Shown: in pieces, positions 33,325 to 43,286 of the stretch | Position numbering within the stretch: position 1 is the stretch's first letter | Layout: the number at the start of each line of letters is the position of its first letter | NCBI GenBank assembly: GCA_963822835.1 | Contig: CAWGIZ010000010.1 | Location: 29,252-93,251 of the forward strand | Origin: an uncultured Alphaproteobacteria bacterium | Lineage (GTDB): Bacteria > Pseudomonadota > Alphaproteobacteria > CAVTAV01 | Length of the DNA stretch: 64,000 nucleotides | Reading direction: 5' to 3' | Notes under the pieces: generated by a model | Told to the model about the DNA's origin: nothing | What the model saw: the letters and a program-made list of their open reading frames with translations, nothing else | The model's database searches: none | Translations under genes and position numbers: made by a program

Positions 33325-34539
33325 ATGATCGAAACGGACGTCATTATCGTCGGCGGCGGCATGGCCGGCCTGACGCTCGGGATCGCGCTGGTGCACGGGG
33401 GTGTCAGCGCGGCGGTGATCGACCGGGACGATCCGGCCCGCCAGCTGACCGCCGGATTCGACGGCCGGGTCTCCGCCATCGCGTTTGCCGCCTGGAACAT
33501 GTTCGAGGCGATCGGGATTGCCGACAAGCTTCGCGGCCGGGTGCAGCCGATCAACGATATCCGGGTTTCGGATGGCGGCTCGGCGCTGTTCCTGCACTTC
33601 GATCATCGCAGCGTCTCGTCCGAGCCCTTCGGTTTTATGGTCGAGAACCGCCAGCTCCGCCAGGCGCAGGACGCGCTGGCGCCCGGGCTTGCCGGAATGC
33701 AGCGGTTTGCGCCGGCCTCGGTCGCCACGATCGAGCGCGGCGATTTCGGCGTCGAGGTGACGCTGGAGGACGGCCGGGTGATCCGCGGCGCGCTGCTGAT
33801 CGGCGCGGACGGGCGCGGCTCGAAAATCCGCGAAAGCGCCGGGATCGCCGTCCGGGCCTCGTCCTACGGCCAGACCGGCATCGTCACCACGGTCGCCCAT
33901 GAGCTCGATCACAGGGGATTTGCCCAGGAGCGCTTCCTGCCCGCGGGCCCCTTCGCCGTGCTGCCGATGACCGGGCATCGCTCGTCGCTGGTCTGGACCG
34001 AGCCGACGGCGCGTGCCGCGGCGCTGATGGCGCTCGATGACGACGATTTCAATGCCGAGATGCGCGCGCGGCTCGGCGACTATCTTGGCGAGGCGCATTG
34101 CGTCGGCCCGCGCTGGTCCTATCCGCTGGGCGTTCAGATCGCCGAGCGCTATATCGACAAGCGGCTCGTGCTCGTCGGCGATGCGGCGCACGGGGTTCAT
34201 CCGATCGCGGGGCAGGGCCTCAATATGGGGCTGCGCGACGTCGCGGCGCTGGCGGAGGTTCTGTCCGACGCCAAGCTTCTCGGCCTCGATATCGGCGCGG
34301 ACGACGTGCTGGAGCGCTATCAGCGCTGGCGCCGGTTCGACAATGTGCTGCTGACGGCGGTCACCGACGGGCTGACCCGGCTGTTCTCGAACGACATCAC
34401 GCCGATCCGCGTCGCGCGCGATGTCGGCCTCGGCGTCGTGAACCAGATCCCGCCCTTGAAGCGCTTCTTCATTCATCACGCGCGCGGCAGCATCGGCGAC
34501 CTGCCGAAACTGTTGACCGGCCAGACGCTGCTGTCATGA
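33325..34539 (+). CDS. UbiH/UbiF/VisC/COQ6-family FAD-dependent ubiquinone hydroxylase
   Basis: Intact 404 aa. DVIIVGGGMAGLTLGIAL (FAD GxGxxG); LVLVGDAAHGVHPIAGQGLNMGLRD. Confidence 0.88.
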   Translation: MIETDVIIVGGGMAGLTLGIALVHGGVSAAVIDRDDPARQLTAGFDGRVSAIAFAAWNMFEAIGIADKLRGRVQPINDIRVSDGGSALFLHFDHRSVSSEPFGFMVENRQLRQAQDALAPGLAGMQRFAPASVATIERGDFGVEVTLEDGRVIRGALLIGADGRGSKIRESAGIAVRASSYGQTGIVTTVAHELDHRGFAQERFLPAGPFAVLPMTGHRSSLVWTEPTARAAALMALDDDDFNAEMRARLGDYLGEAHCVGPRWSYPLGVQIAERYIDKRLVLVGDAAHGVHPIAGQGLNMGLRDVAALAEVLSDAKLLGLDIGADDVLERYQRWRRFDNVLLTAVTDGLTRLFSNDITPIRVARDVGLGVVNQIPPLKRFFIHHARGSIGDLPKLLTGQTLLS

Positions 34540-36240
34540 GCGGCATCGGGCCGGGTATCGCGGGAGGCGCGCGGCCCTTTGGCCTGCCCGGCTTTGCCCG
34601 CAGCCCGGTCTTCGGCGAACACGGCATGGCGGCGACGGCCCATCCCTTCGCCAGCCGGATCGCGGTCGAGATCCTGAAGGCCGGCGGCTCGGCGATGGAC
34701 GCGGCGATCGCGGCCAATGCGGCGCTGACGGTGATGGAGCCGTCGTCCTGCGGGCTTGGCGGCGATCTCTTCGCGATCGTCTGGGATCCCGAGCGGAAGC
34801 GGCTCTGCGGCTATAACGGCTCCGGCCGCTCGCCCGCCTCGCGCAGCCTGGAGGACATGAAAAAGAAGGCCGGTCCGGCAGGCCTCGTGCCGGGACTCGG
34901 CAGCTATTCGGTCACCGTGCCGGGCGCGGTCGACGGCTGGTTCGCGCTCCACGATCAGTTCGGGCGGTTGGCGATGCATGACGTGCTGGCGCCCGCCATC
35001 GCTTACGCCCGGGACGGCTTTCCGCTCAGCCCGGTGATCGCCGCCGCCTGGGCGGACGAGATGGCGGCGCTCGCCGAGGCCGGGGATATCGTCGAGGAGC
35101 TCGACAACGCGCGGGCCACCTTCATGCCTGATGGCCGGGCCCCGCGCGCGGGCGAGATCTTCCGCAACCGCGATCTCGCCGCGACGCTGGAACTCATCGC
35201 CTGGTCGGGCCGCGACGCCTTCTACAAGGGCGAGGTCGCGCAAACCGTCGGCGGTTACATGAAGCGGATCGGCGGCCATCTGACGGCTGGACGATTTCGC
35301 CGCCCACGAAGGCGAGTGGGTGCAGCCGGGCACGGTCCGTTATCGCGGCTATGACGTGCACGAACTGCCGCCGAACGGGCAGGGCTATGCCGTGCTTCAA
35401 ATGCTGAACATGTTGAAGAATGTCGATCTCGCGCGCTGGCCGCGCGGCTCGGCCGAGGTGCTGCACTATCTTGTCGAGGCCAAGCGGCTCGCCTTCGAGG
35501 ATCTCGCGAAATTCTATGGCGATCCCGCCTTCTACGAGCCGCCGCTCGCGGCGCTGCTCTCCGACGCCTATGGCCGCCAGCGCTTCGCCGGAATCGATCC
35601 GCAACGCGCGATGCCCTCGGCCGGGCCGGGCGAACCCGCGATCGAGGGCAAGGGCGACACGACCTACCTCACCGTCGCCGACGGGTCCGGCATGATGGTC
35701 TCGCTCATCCAGTCGCCCTATCTCGGCTTCGGCTCGGGACTCGTGCCGGACGGCCTCGGCTTCATGCTGCAATGCCGGGGCGCGCTGTTTTCGCTCAAGG
35801 AGGGCAGCCCCAATCTTTATGCGCCGGCCAAGCGTCCGTTCCACACCATCATCCCCGGCTTCGTCACCAGGGACGGCGAGCCCTATATGAGCTTCGGCGT
35901 CATGGGCGGCTCGATGCAGGCCCAGGGCCATGTACAGGTGCTGGTCAACATCCTCGATTACGGCATGGATCTGCAGGCGGCGGGCGACGCCGCGCGGTTC
36001 TTCCATCACGGCGGCAATCAGCCGACGGGAGAGGCCGGCGATCCGGTCGGGTTGCTGCGGGTCGAGCCCGGCATCGCGCCTGAAACGATCGAGCGCCTGC
36101 GCGCCATGGGCCACAGGGTCGAGATCGAGACCGAGGGCGCGTGGTTCGGCGGCTATGAGGCGATCCGCCGCGATCCCGAAACGGGCGTCTACGAAGGCGC
36201 GACCGAAATGCGGAAGGACGGTCAGGCGGTCGGATACTAG
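34536..36240 (+). pseudogene. ggt: gamma-glutamyltransferase family protein; one frame break near 35290
   Basis: ATG 34536 overlaps the upstream stop (ATGA). GGSAMDAAIAANAALTVMEPSSCGLGGDLFAIVW; GDTTYLTVADGSGMMVSLIQS (Thr nucleophile); MSFGVMGGSMQAQGHVQVL. Confidence 0.88.
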
Positions 36241-36251
36241 CCGGCGTGGAC

Positions 36252-36626
36252 CTAGCGGTCCCGGCTCAGGCCCTTCGCTTCGAGCGCCTTGAGATAGGTC
36301 TCGAAAATGGCGTCCTGCCGCAGTCCGAGCTCATAGAGATAGTCCCAGGTATAGAGCCCGGTATCGTGGCCGTCGTCGAACAGGATGCGGAGCGCATAAT
36401 GACCGGCCGGGTCGAGCGCCTTGATCGCGACCTTGCGCTTGCCGGGCACGATCTTCTTTTCCTCGCCGCCATGACCGCGCACCTCGGCGGAGGGGCTTTC
36501 GACCCGCAAGAGCTCGGCGGGCAGCGAGAAGCTGGAGCCGTCGTCGAAATCGATCTCCAGCCGCCGTTCCTCCCGCTTGAGGCGCAGCTCGGTCGGCCAC
36601 GGCTTGCCGGGTTGGGGATCGGCCAT
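36252..36626 (-). CDS. DUF971 (gamma-butyrobetaine hydroxylase-like N-terminal domain) protein
   Basis: Intact 124 aa. LEIDFDDGSSFSLPAELLRVESPSAEV..ALRILFDDGHDTGLYTWDYLYELG. Confidence 0.75.
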   Translation of the reverse strand: MADPQPGKPWPTELRLKREERRLEIDFDDGSSFSLPAELLRVESPSAEVRGHGGEEKKIVPGKRKVAIKALDPAGHYALRILFDDGHDTGLYTWDYLYELGLRQDAIFETYLKALEAKGLSRDR

Positions 36627-36630
36627 GCGT

Positions 36631-36834
36631 CTAGCGCGCCAGCTTCTCGGGTTCGATCACGCGGGCCTCGTCCGGCAGCATGATCGGAATGCCGTCGCGG
36701 ATCGGATAGGCGAGCCCGGCCTTGTCGCTGATCAGCTCATGGGCCTCGCGGTCATAGCGGAGCGGCCGCTTGGTCAGCGGGCAAACCAGAATTTCAAGCA
36801 GCTTGGGATCGATTTCGGCGGGATCGGCGGCCAT
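36631..36834 (-). CDS. Trm112-family (UPF0434) small protein
   Basis: Intact 67 aa. [34 protein letters not shown]. Confidence 0.8.
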   Translation of the reverse strand: MAADPAEIDPKLLEILVCPLTKRPLRYDREAHELISDKAGLAYPIRDGIPIMLPDEARVIEPEKLAR

Positions 36835-36915
36835 TCCGTGTCTCTCTGTTCTGTCGTTGCGGCGATACTAATGCGGCGCGGCGGGATTGCCCAGAAGGTA
36901 CCTGGCCCGGAGACG

Positions 36916-37575
36916 CTATTGCAGGGGCTTGTCGCCGCCGGCGGCGCCGGCCGCCGCCGCCATTTCGAGCAGCGCGATCAGGATCCGCGCCCGGTCGGCG
37001 CCGTCCTTCGCCTCGAGCAGGGCCTGCTTCTCGCCCGCCGCAAAGGGCACGCTCATGGCGAGCGCGTTGACCAGCGCGTCCGGCTTCATGCCGGTCAGGC
37101 TGTTCCAGTCGGCGTTCACGCCCTGCACTTCGAGAAAGCGCCGCAACGTGGCGAGCAGCGCATCGGGGTCCACCGGCTCCCCGGTTTCGGGGTGCAGATC
37201 GTCGAGAAAACGGTCGTAGCGCACCACCATCTGGCGGTAGGGCGTGGTGCGCTCGGTCAGCTCGCGCTCGATTTCGAAGCGGATGACGCCGCTGAGAGTG
37301 ATCAGGATGCGGCCGTCGGGCGTGTCGCGGTAATCGGACAGCCGCCCGACGCAGCCGATGGGATAGATCTCGGGCTCGAAGGCCTTGTCGAACGGATCGG
37401 CGGGCTGGACCATGCCGATCAGATGCGCGCCGGCGATCGCGTCGCGGGTCATGGCGAGATAGCGCGGTTCGAAGATGTTGAGCGGCAGATTGGCGCCCGG
37501 CAGCAGGATGACGCCGGTCAGCGGAAACACCGGAATAACTCCCGGCAGATCGAGCGTCGTTGCGGACTCGCCCAT
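36916..37575 (-). CDS. LON-peptidase N-terminal (substrate-binding) domain protein
   Basis: C-terminal 219 aa of the 487-aa track ORF (IPVFPLTGVILLPGANLPLNIFEPRYLAMTRDA..). The upstream part of that ORF is a shadow frame over the thioredoxin gene. Confidence 0.8.
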   Translation of the reverse strand: MGESATTLDLPGVIPVFPLTGVILLPGANLPLNIFEPRYLAMTRDAIAGAHLIGMVQPADPFDKAFEPEIYPIGCVGRLSDYRDTPDGRILITLSGVIRFEIERELTERTTPYRQMVVRYDRFLDDLHPETGEPVDPDALLATLRRFLEVQGVNADWNSLTGMKPDALVNALAMSVPFAAGEKQALLEAKDGADRARILIALLEMAAAAGAAGGDKPLQ

Positions 37576-37604
37576 CCCCGACCGTGATCCCCTCGCCATC
37601 CGTT

Positions 37605-38513
37605 TTAGGAAAACAGGATAGACGACATCCTGCGCCGCCCGTCCGCCGTCAGCGGATCCGTGGGTCCGAAGGCCTCGAACAGCGCGATCAGTTTCTTGCG
37701 CGCGGCCTCGTCGTTCCATTTGCGGTCGCGCCGGAGCAATTCGAGAAGCTCGTCGAGCGCCCCTTCCTTGTCGCCCGCGCCGAGAAGCGCGATGGCGAGA
37801 TCGAACCGCGCCTGATGATCCTTGGGATTGGCCTCGACCGCGGCCCGGAGATCGGCGGCGTTGCCGACGCCCTCCGTCTCGCGCGCCAGCGCCAGCGCCG
37901 AGCGCGCGCCGGCGATCGCGGCATGGTCGGCATTTTCCTTGGAGACGAGGCCGAGCGCCTGCTCGGCCTGATCGAGCTTGCCCATGGCGATGAAGCAGCG
38001 GGCGAGTCCGCCGGCCGCGTCCGGATTGCCGGGATCTTCCTGCAGCGCGGCGCCGTAGAGCTGCCCGGCGGTCTGCTGATCGCCCTGGGCGAGCGCCGTC
38101 GCCGCTTCCTCCATGATCTGGTCGAATTCCGACGGGCCGGCCTCGCCGCCGAGCCGCTGGATGAATTCCTTGATCTGGCTTTCCGGCAGCGCGCCCATGA
38201 AAGCATCGACCGGCTGGCCGCCCTTGAAGGCATAGACCGCCGGGATCGATTGAACGCGCAGCTGCTGCGCGACATGGGGGTTCTCGTCGATATTGATCTT
38301 GACGAGCTTTACCTTGCCCTTCGCGGCCACGACCTGCTTTTCGAGCAGGGGGCCGAGCTGCTTGCAGGGGCCGCACCACGGCGCCCAGAAATCGACGATC
38401 ACGGGCGTCTCGCGGGACTCATCGACGACATCGACCATGAACTGCTGGTCGGTCGAATCCTTGATGAGGGCTTCCGGCGCCGGTCCTCCGCCGCCGATGA
38501 TAGGTTCGCTCAT
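37605..38513 (-). CDS. thioredoxin-domain protein with TPR-like C-terminal domain (YbbN/CnoX-like)
   Basis: From MSEPIIGGGG: VIVDFWAPWCGPCKQLGP (WCGPC), then a helical-repeat C-terminal half. Confidence 0.85.
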   Translation of the reverse strand: MSEPIIGGGGPAPEALIKDSTDQQFMVDVVDESRETPVIVDFWAPWCGPCKQLGPLLEKQVVAAKGKVKLVKINIDENPHVAQQLRVQSIPAVYAFKGGQPVDAFMGALPESQIKEFIQRLGGEAGPSEFDQIMEEAATALAQGDQQTAGQLYGAALQEDPGNPDAAGGLARCFIAMGKLDQAEQALGLVSKENADHAAIAGARSALALARETEGVGNAADLRAAVEANPKDHQARFDLAIALLGAGDKEGALDELLELLRRDRKWNDEAARKKLIALFEAFGPTDPLTADGRRRMSSILFS

Positions 38514-38676
38514 GCGGTGTCTGCCTCTGTTCTCCCAGGTCCGGCGCGCCGAAGCGTCAGCCGATTGACCATACATAGGCCATACATAGGCCATTGACTC
38601 GGTGGTCACAAGGCTCGGAGGTCGCAAGGAATGAGACGCCGGACGGCGGTCCCGCCGCGAAGACCTCCGGCGCGTG

Positions 38677-39222
38677 TCAGGCGGCGCGCTCGGGGATCTC
38701 GACGATCAGCTTCTCGTGACCGCAGGCGTCGATGAACGCCAGCAGGTCGTCCGGCCGGATCGCGGTCGTCGCCCGGTTGTCGAGCGGGTGATAATGCAGG
38801 GGCGACATCGCCAGCATCTCCTTGTCGAGCACCACCGTGACGCGGTGGCCGGGATCGTTGATCAGCGCGAACGGCGTCACCGAGCCGGGAATGACGCCCA
38901 GCGTCTCGTAGAGCCGCTCCGGCGAGCCGAAGCTGATCCGCGCCGCGCCGATGCGATCCGCCAGCGCCTTGAGATCGACCGCCCGGTCCTCCAGAACCAC
39001 GGCGAGCCAGAGCCGGCCCTTCTTGTCCTTGAGAAAGAGCGACTTGCAATGGCCGCCCGGCAGCTCGCCCCGCAGCGAGCGGGCTTCCTCGACGGTGAAA
39101 ACCGCCGGATGCCGGATGGTTTTCGTTTCGATTCCCAAACGATCGAGATAGGCGAACAGTTCCGCCTCCGTCGCGGGATTTGGGCCGGCGGGCGCTTCGG
39201 TCACGGTTCGGGGCCTTTTCAT
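38677..39222 (-). CDS. YbaK/ProX-type aminoacyl-tRNA editing (deacylase) domain protein
   Basis: Intact 181 aa. GGHCKSLFLKDKKGRLWLAVVLEDRAVDLKAL..GVIPGSVTPFAL. Confidence 0.75.
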   Translation of the reverse strand: MKRPRTVTEAPAGPNPATEAELFAYLDRLGIETKTIRHPAVFTVEEARSLRGELPGGHCKSLFLKDKKGRLWLAVVLEDRAVDLKALADRIGAARISFGSPERLYETLGVIPGSVTPFALINDPGHRVTVVLDKEMLAMSPLHYHPLDNRATTAIRPDDLLAFIDACGHEKLIVEIPERAA

Positions 39223-39548
39223 CTGTTCTGGCGCCGTCGCCGGCGCGTTGGTACATTCGGACGAGGCGCGGCCCGAAGCCCGCGCCCGTTTCCCATCATG
39301 TTCAGGAATCCGGTCATGAAAAGTCCCAATCGGGGCTCTCCGTCGCGCGCGGCCAGGACTTGAGCCGGCACGGGGCGGGGACCGGGGTGGTGACGTGGGC
39401 GGTGAGGGGGCTTAAGCTTTTCTTATGGGGAGGCCGCTATAACGGGCCTCTGCGGCGTCGATCAGGAAGGCCGATTTGCCCTCTTGAAATGCGGAACTTA
39501 TCCCGTATGATCGCCGCCGTCCGAACGAACCCGGTTCGGAGTCGGAGC

Positions 39549-39623
39549 GCGGGCGTAGCTCAGGGGTAGAGCACAACCTTGCCAAGGTTGGGGTCGTGAG
39601 TTCGAATCTCATCGCCCGCTCCA
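39549..39623 (+). tRNA. tRNA-Gly (anticodon GCC), CCA encoded
   Basis: Folds by hand: acceptor GCGGGCG/CGCCCGC, D-arm GCTC-AGGGGTA-GAGC, anticodon arm CAACC-TTGCCAA-GGTTG, T-arm GTGAG-TTCGAAT-CTCAT, discriminator T, CCA. Confidence 0.93.
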
Positions 39624-39799
39624 TTTTCTTCCCCATTATCTGAAGTATCGGGCCGTCACGATCTCGTGGGCTGCGGCCGACGGCGGATTTTCGCGGGGCC
39701 TTTAATCGATAATTTCGAACGTTAATCCAATAACAATGAATTGGATTGATTGGTCGCGACCTGCCACCCTGCGGGCTCCGAATGTAAAGGAGTCGCGCC

Positions 39800-40870
39800 G
39801 TGACCATGATTGCCGAAGCCCGAGATACCGTCGAACCGTCCTGTCCTGAACCCGCGCCCGCCAGTGTTGCCGACTGGATCTCGCACCTTCTGCCCGGCCT
39901 GCTATTGACCGGCTCCATCGCGGGAGCGAGCTTCGCGCTTCGGGAACTGCCGGGCGTCGCGGCGTTCAGCCCGATGATCCTGGCGATCGCGATCGGGATC
40001 GCGTTTCACAATCTCATCGGCACGCCGCGGCGGGCGAAACCGGGCGTCACCTTCTCGCTGCGGCGGATCCTGCGCTTCGCGATCATCCTGCTGGGGCTTC
40101 AACTCACCGCGGAGCAGGTCGTCGAGGTGGGCGCGAGCGGCATCGCCGTCATCGCGATCACGCTGCTCGCCACCTTCACCTTCACGACCTGGCTCGGGCG
40201 GCTCCTCGGCATCGAGCGCAAGCTCGTGGAGCTGATCGCCGCCGGCACCTCGATCTGCGGCGCCTCGGCCGTGGTGGCGACGAACACGGTGACGGACGCG
40301 CCGGACGAGGATGTCGCCTATGCCGTCGCCTGCGTGACGGTGTTCGGCTCGATCGCCATGTTCGCCTATCCGCTGCTGCCGGGGCTTCTGCATCTGACGC
40401 CTCACGCGTTCGGGCTGTGGTCCGGCGCATCGATCCACGAGATCGCGCAGGTCGTGGCCGCCGCCTATCAGGATGGCAAACCCTCCGGCGATTTCGCCAC
40501 CATCGCCAAACTTTCGCGCGTCATGATGCTGGCGCCGGTGGTCATCGGGCTCGGGATCCTGAGCCGGGCGCGGCAGGATCGCACACACGGCCGTGCGCCG
40601 GGAAAAAGCAAGCCCGTGCCGCTGCCGTGGTTCGTGCTCGGCTTCGTGGCGCTTGTCGGCTTGAACAGCGTCATCACGGTGCCGGTCGCGCTCAAGACCG
40701 AGATCGTCACCGCGACGACCTTCCTTCTGGCGGTGGCGCTTGCCGCGATGGGGCTCGAAACCGATCTCCGCAAGCTCAGGGCAAAAGGTCTCAAACCCTT
40801 CGCGCTTGCTTTCGCCGCCTTTCTTTTCATCGCGGGATTTAGTCTGATGCTGATCGAGATGACGGCCTAG
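39800..40870 (+). CDS. yeiH: YeiH/UPF0324-family inner-membrane protein (putative sulfate exporter family)
   Basis: Intact 356 aa, polytopic. [16 protein letters not shown] motif. AAGGAG 7 nt upstream of GTG 39800. Followed by a LysR gene. Confidence 0.8.
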   Translation: MTMIAEARDTVEPSCPEPAPASVADWISHLLPGLLLTGSIAGASFALRELPGVAAFSPMILAIAIGIAFHNLIGTPRRAKPGVTFSLRRILRFAIILLGLQLTAEQVVEVGASGIAVIAITLLATFTFTTWLGRLLGIERKLVELIAAGTSICGASAVVATNTVTDAPDEDVAYAVACVTVFGSIAMFAYPLLPGLLHLTPHAFGLWSGASIHEIAQVVAAAYQDGKPSGDFATIAKLSRVMMLAPVVIGLGILSRARQDRTHGRAPGKSKPVPLPWFVLGFVALVGLNSVITVPVALKTEIVTATTFLLAVALAAMGLETDLRKLRAKGLKPFALAFAAFLFIAGFSLMLIEMTA

Positions 40871-40892
40871 GGCCGAGAAACAACGAAAAGCG

Positions 40893-41777
40893 ATGACCCT
40901 CGAACAGCTTCGGATCTTCGTGGCGGTGGCCGAGCGCGAACATGTGACGCGCGCGGCCGAAGCCTTGAACCTCACCCAATCGGCGGTGAGCGCGGCGGTG
41001 AGCGCGCTGGAAGCCCGTCACGCCACCAAGCTGTTCGATCGCATCGGCCGCCGCATCGCGCTCACCGAGGCGGGCCGCCTGTTTCTGGTGGAGGCGAGGG
41101 CGGTGCTGGCCCGCGCCGCCGCCGCCGAGACGATGCTCGCGGATCTCGCCGGGCTCAAACGCGGCCATATGGCGCTCGCGGCGAGCCAGACGGTCGCCAA
41201 TTACTGGCTCCCGCCGCTCCTTCATCGCTTTCGCGCGGTCTATCCGGGCATCACGCTCGGCCTCGTGATCGGCAATACGGAAGAGGTGACCGCGATGATC
41301 CGGGACGGCTCGATCGATCTCGGTTTCGTCGAAGGCACGGTCAAGGATCCAACGCTTGAAATCGAGCCGGTTGCCGACGATCAGCTCGTACTCGTCACGA
41401 ACCGCGAGGTGGCGAAGGCGATGAAATCGAAAAAGCTCACGCCGAAAGATCTCAAATCACTGAGCTGGGTTTTCCGCGAGCGAGGCTCCGGCACGCGGGC
41501 GATGCTGGAGACGGCCCTGCAGGACATGGGGATCGCGCGTGATGATCTCCATGTGATCCTCGAACTGCCATCGAACGAGTCGGTGCGGGCGGCTGTGCTG
41601 GACGGGGCAGGGGCGACGGCGTTGTCGGAGCTCGTCGTCACTCCCTTGCTTGGCGCCGGCCGCCTCGTCGCCTTTGACGTCGATCTGCCCAAGAGGCAAT
41701 TCTTCGCTCTCCGTCACAAGGGACGCCATGTGAGCGAAATCGAGCGCGCCTTCCGGGCGCTGATCGCCGCCCCGTAG
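40893..41777 (+). CDS. LysR-family transcriptional regulator
   Basis: Intact 294 aa. MTLEQLRIFVAVAEREHVTRAAEALNLTQSAVSAAVSALE HTH plus substrate-binding domain. Confidence 0.9.
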   Translation: MTLEQLRIFVAVAEREHVTRAAEALNLTQSAVSAAVSALEARHATKLFDRIGRRIALTEAGRLFLVEARAVLARAAAAETMLADLAGLKRGHMALAASQTVANYWLPPLLHRFRAVYPGITLGLVIGNTEEVTAMIRDGSIDLGFVEGTVKDPTLEIEPVADDQLVLVTNREVAKAMKSKKLTPKDLKSLSWVFRERGSGTRAMLETALQDMGIARDDLHVILELPSNESVRAAVLDGAGATALSELVVTPLLGAGRLVAFDVDLPKRQFFALRHKGRHVSEIERAFRALIAAP

Positions 41778-41809
41778 ACCTCGGGACCGGCCCGATTCAG
41801 GGCCGCCAC

Positions 41810-42658
41810 TCAATCGAACACGGCGAAGGCGCGGGCCTCGATGCTGGCGCGCGGGGCGACATCCCCGGGGCAGGTCGGATCGTCGAAGGCGACATGGGGA
41901 ATGCCGCCGCCGTGATCGGCTTCGGTGTCGAAATTCTTGAACACCAGCGCCTCGGCCTGTGTCATGCCTGAGAAATAGGCCCAGCGGTGATGCGGATTGT
42001 GCTTCAGGAGAAAGGCCTCGAAGGTGAAGCCCGCGCCCTCTTCGGGGTCGAACATGGCGTCGGCCGGAACCCGGTCGCCCTCTTCGAGGCTGCGGATATC
42101 GCATACAGCCAGCGGCACGTCCTGCGGCGGCGCGGACAGCACGCGCCAGACATTGTAGCCGACGATACGCTGCGCCGGTGGCCAGGCGACCGACTCGCCG
42201 CCGATCCGCGACTTGAGAAGGACCGGCGCGGATTTCGGCGTCAGGTCGACATGGACGAAACGCGCGGGCCGTGAATTGAAGCTCTTGCGGTAATCGTCGG
42301 AGCGCTCGCCGAAACGGAGAATGGCGCTTGGCGACACGAGCACCTTGTTCGCCCCCGAAACGCACGCGATCAGTTCCCTGATCTCGGAGAGATAGGTGGT
42401 CTTGATCTGCTCCTCGTCGCGGAAATCGCTCACGCGCGTCTCGTGGTCGACGAGCCGGAAGCCTTCCGCGTCGAGACTCACGTCCTCGCGCCTCGAACGC
42501 AGGTCATGGACCGGCATGGTGACGCTGTCGATGACGAGATTGTCGCGCGAATAGTCGCGGGCGAAGAATTGCGGCCGCACGTTCATCTCGCCGACATAAT
42601 TCACCACGCCCTGAACAGTTGGCGCGCCTGCCCAGATCCCATCCGTTTCGTGATTCAT
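41810..42658 (-). CDS. CmcJ/NvfI/AsaB-like oxygenase-fold protein
   Basis: Intact 282 aa. Family assigned from memory of conserved blocks (..ARFVHVDLT.., NVWRVLSAPPQDVPLAVCD.., HRWAYFSGMTQAEALVFKNFD). Needs HMM confirmation. Confidence 0.55.
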   Translation of the reverse strand: MNHETDGIWAGAPTVQGVVNYVGEMNVRPQFFARDYSRDNLVIDSVTMPVHDLRSRREDVSLDAEGFRLVDHETRVSDFRDEEQIKTTYLSEIRELIACVSGANKVLVSPSAILRFGERSDDYRKSFNSRPARFVHVDLTPKSAPVLLKSRIGGESVAWPPAQRIVGYNVWRVLSAPPQDVPLAVCDIRSLEEGDRVPADAMFDPEEGAGFTFEAFLLKHNPHHRWAYFSGMTQAEALVFKNFDTEADHGGGIPHVAFDDPTCPGDVAPRASIEARAFAVFD

Positions 42659-42778
42659 CGCTGCGGCATCCTCCCCTCCGGCCCCGAGCTTAACGCCCGG
42701 CCATGCGGGGTCAATGCTACCGGTGTGAATCGGGCCCGCTCTCCCTTATATTGAAAGGCGTAACGGGAAAGGCGTGGA

Positions 42779-43267
42779 ATGCAGATCGTCGAAATCCTGA
42801 AGGTTCTGGTTCTGCTGATGATGGCGAACGGAACCCCGGTGATTCTGAAATGGCTGATGGGCGACAAATTCGCCTATCCGCTGGATGCCGGCGCGCGCTT
42901 TCCCGATGGCCGGCCGGTGCTCGGCGCCTCGAAGACCACGCGCGGCGTCGTCTCGGCGCTCGTCGTCACGACCCTCGCGGCGCCCGCGATCGGCCTCGAC
43001 TGGCGCATCGGTCTCGTCGTCGCGATTGCGGCGATGGCGGGCGATCTTTTGTCCAGCTTCACCAAGCGGCGCTTCGGCCTCGGCTCCGGCAGCATGGCGC
43101 TCGGCATCGACCAGATTCCCGAATCGCTGCTGCCCTATCTGGCGGTGAGGGGCGAGCTCGGGCTCAGCGGACCCGATATCGTGGCGGGCGTCGTCGCCTT
43201 CTTCATCGGCGAGCTGGTGATTTCCAGAATTCTCTATCGCCTCGGCGTGCGCGAACAGCCGCACTGA
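42779..43267 (+). CDS. CDP-archaeol synthase (CarS/DUF46, PF01864-like) family membrane protein
   Basis: Intact 162 aa, about 5 TM. ANGTPVILKW..DGRPVLGASKTTRGVV and AMAGDLLSSFTKRRFGLGSGSMALGIDQIPESL parallel the archaeal CarS blocks (..DGKRILGDGKTWRGF.., ..AMFGDLCGSFIKRRFG..VDQL..). Confidence 0.65.
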   Translation: MQIVEILKVLVLLMMANGTPVILKWLMGDKFAYPLDAGARFPDGRPVLGASKTTRGVVSALVVTTLAAPAIGLDWRIGLVVAIAAMAGDLLSSFTKRRFGLGSGSMALGIDQIPESLLPYLAVRGELGLSGPDIVAGVVAFFIGELVISRILYRLGVREQPH

Positions 43268-43286
43268 TCTCTCGCCGTGGCGGCCT

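Noticed and set aside
33007-34479. 490-aa minus ORF
   Set aside because: It is antisense to the intact ubiH-family hydroxylase and extends through the glnK promoter region. It has shadow-frame composition.
37576-38379. N-terminal 268 aa of the 487-aa minus ORF
   Set aside because: This part is an out-of-frame overlap with the thioredoxin-TPR gene (WCGPC motif in the other frame). The LON N-domain protein starts at 37575.
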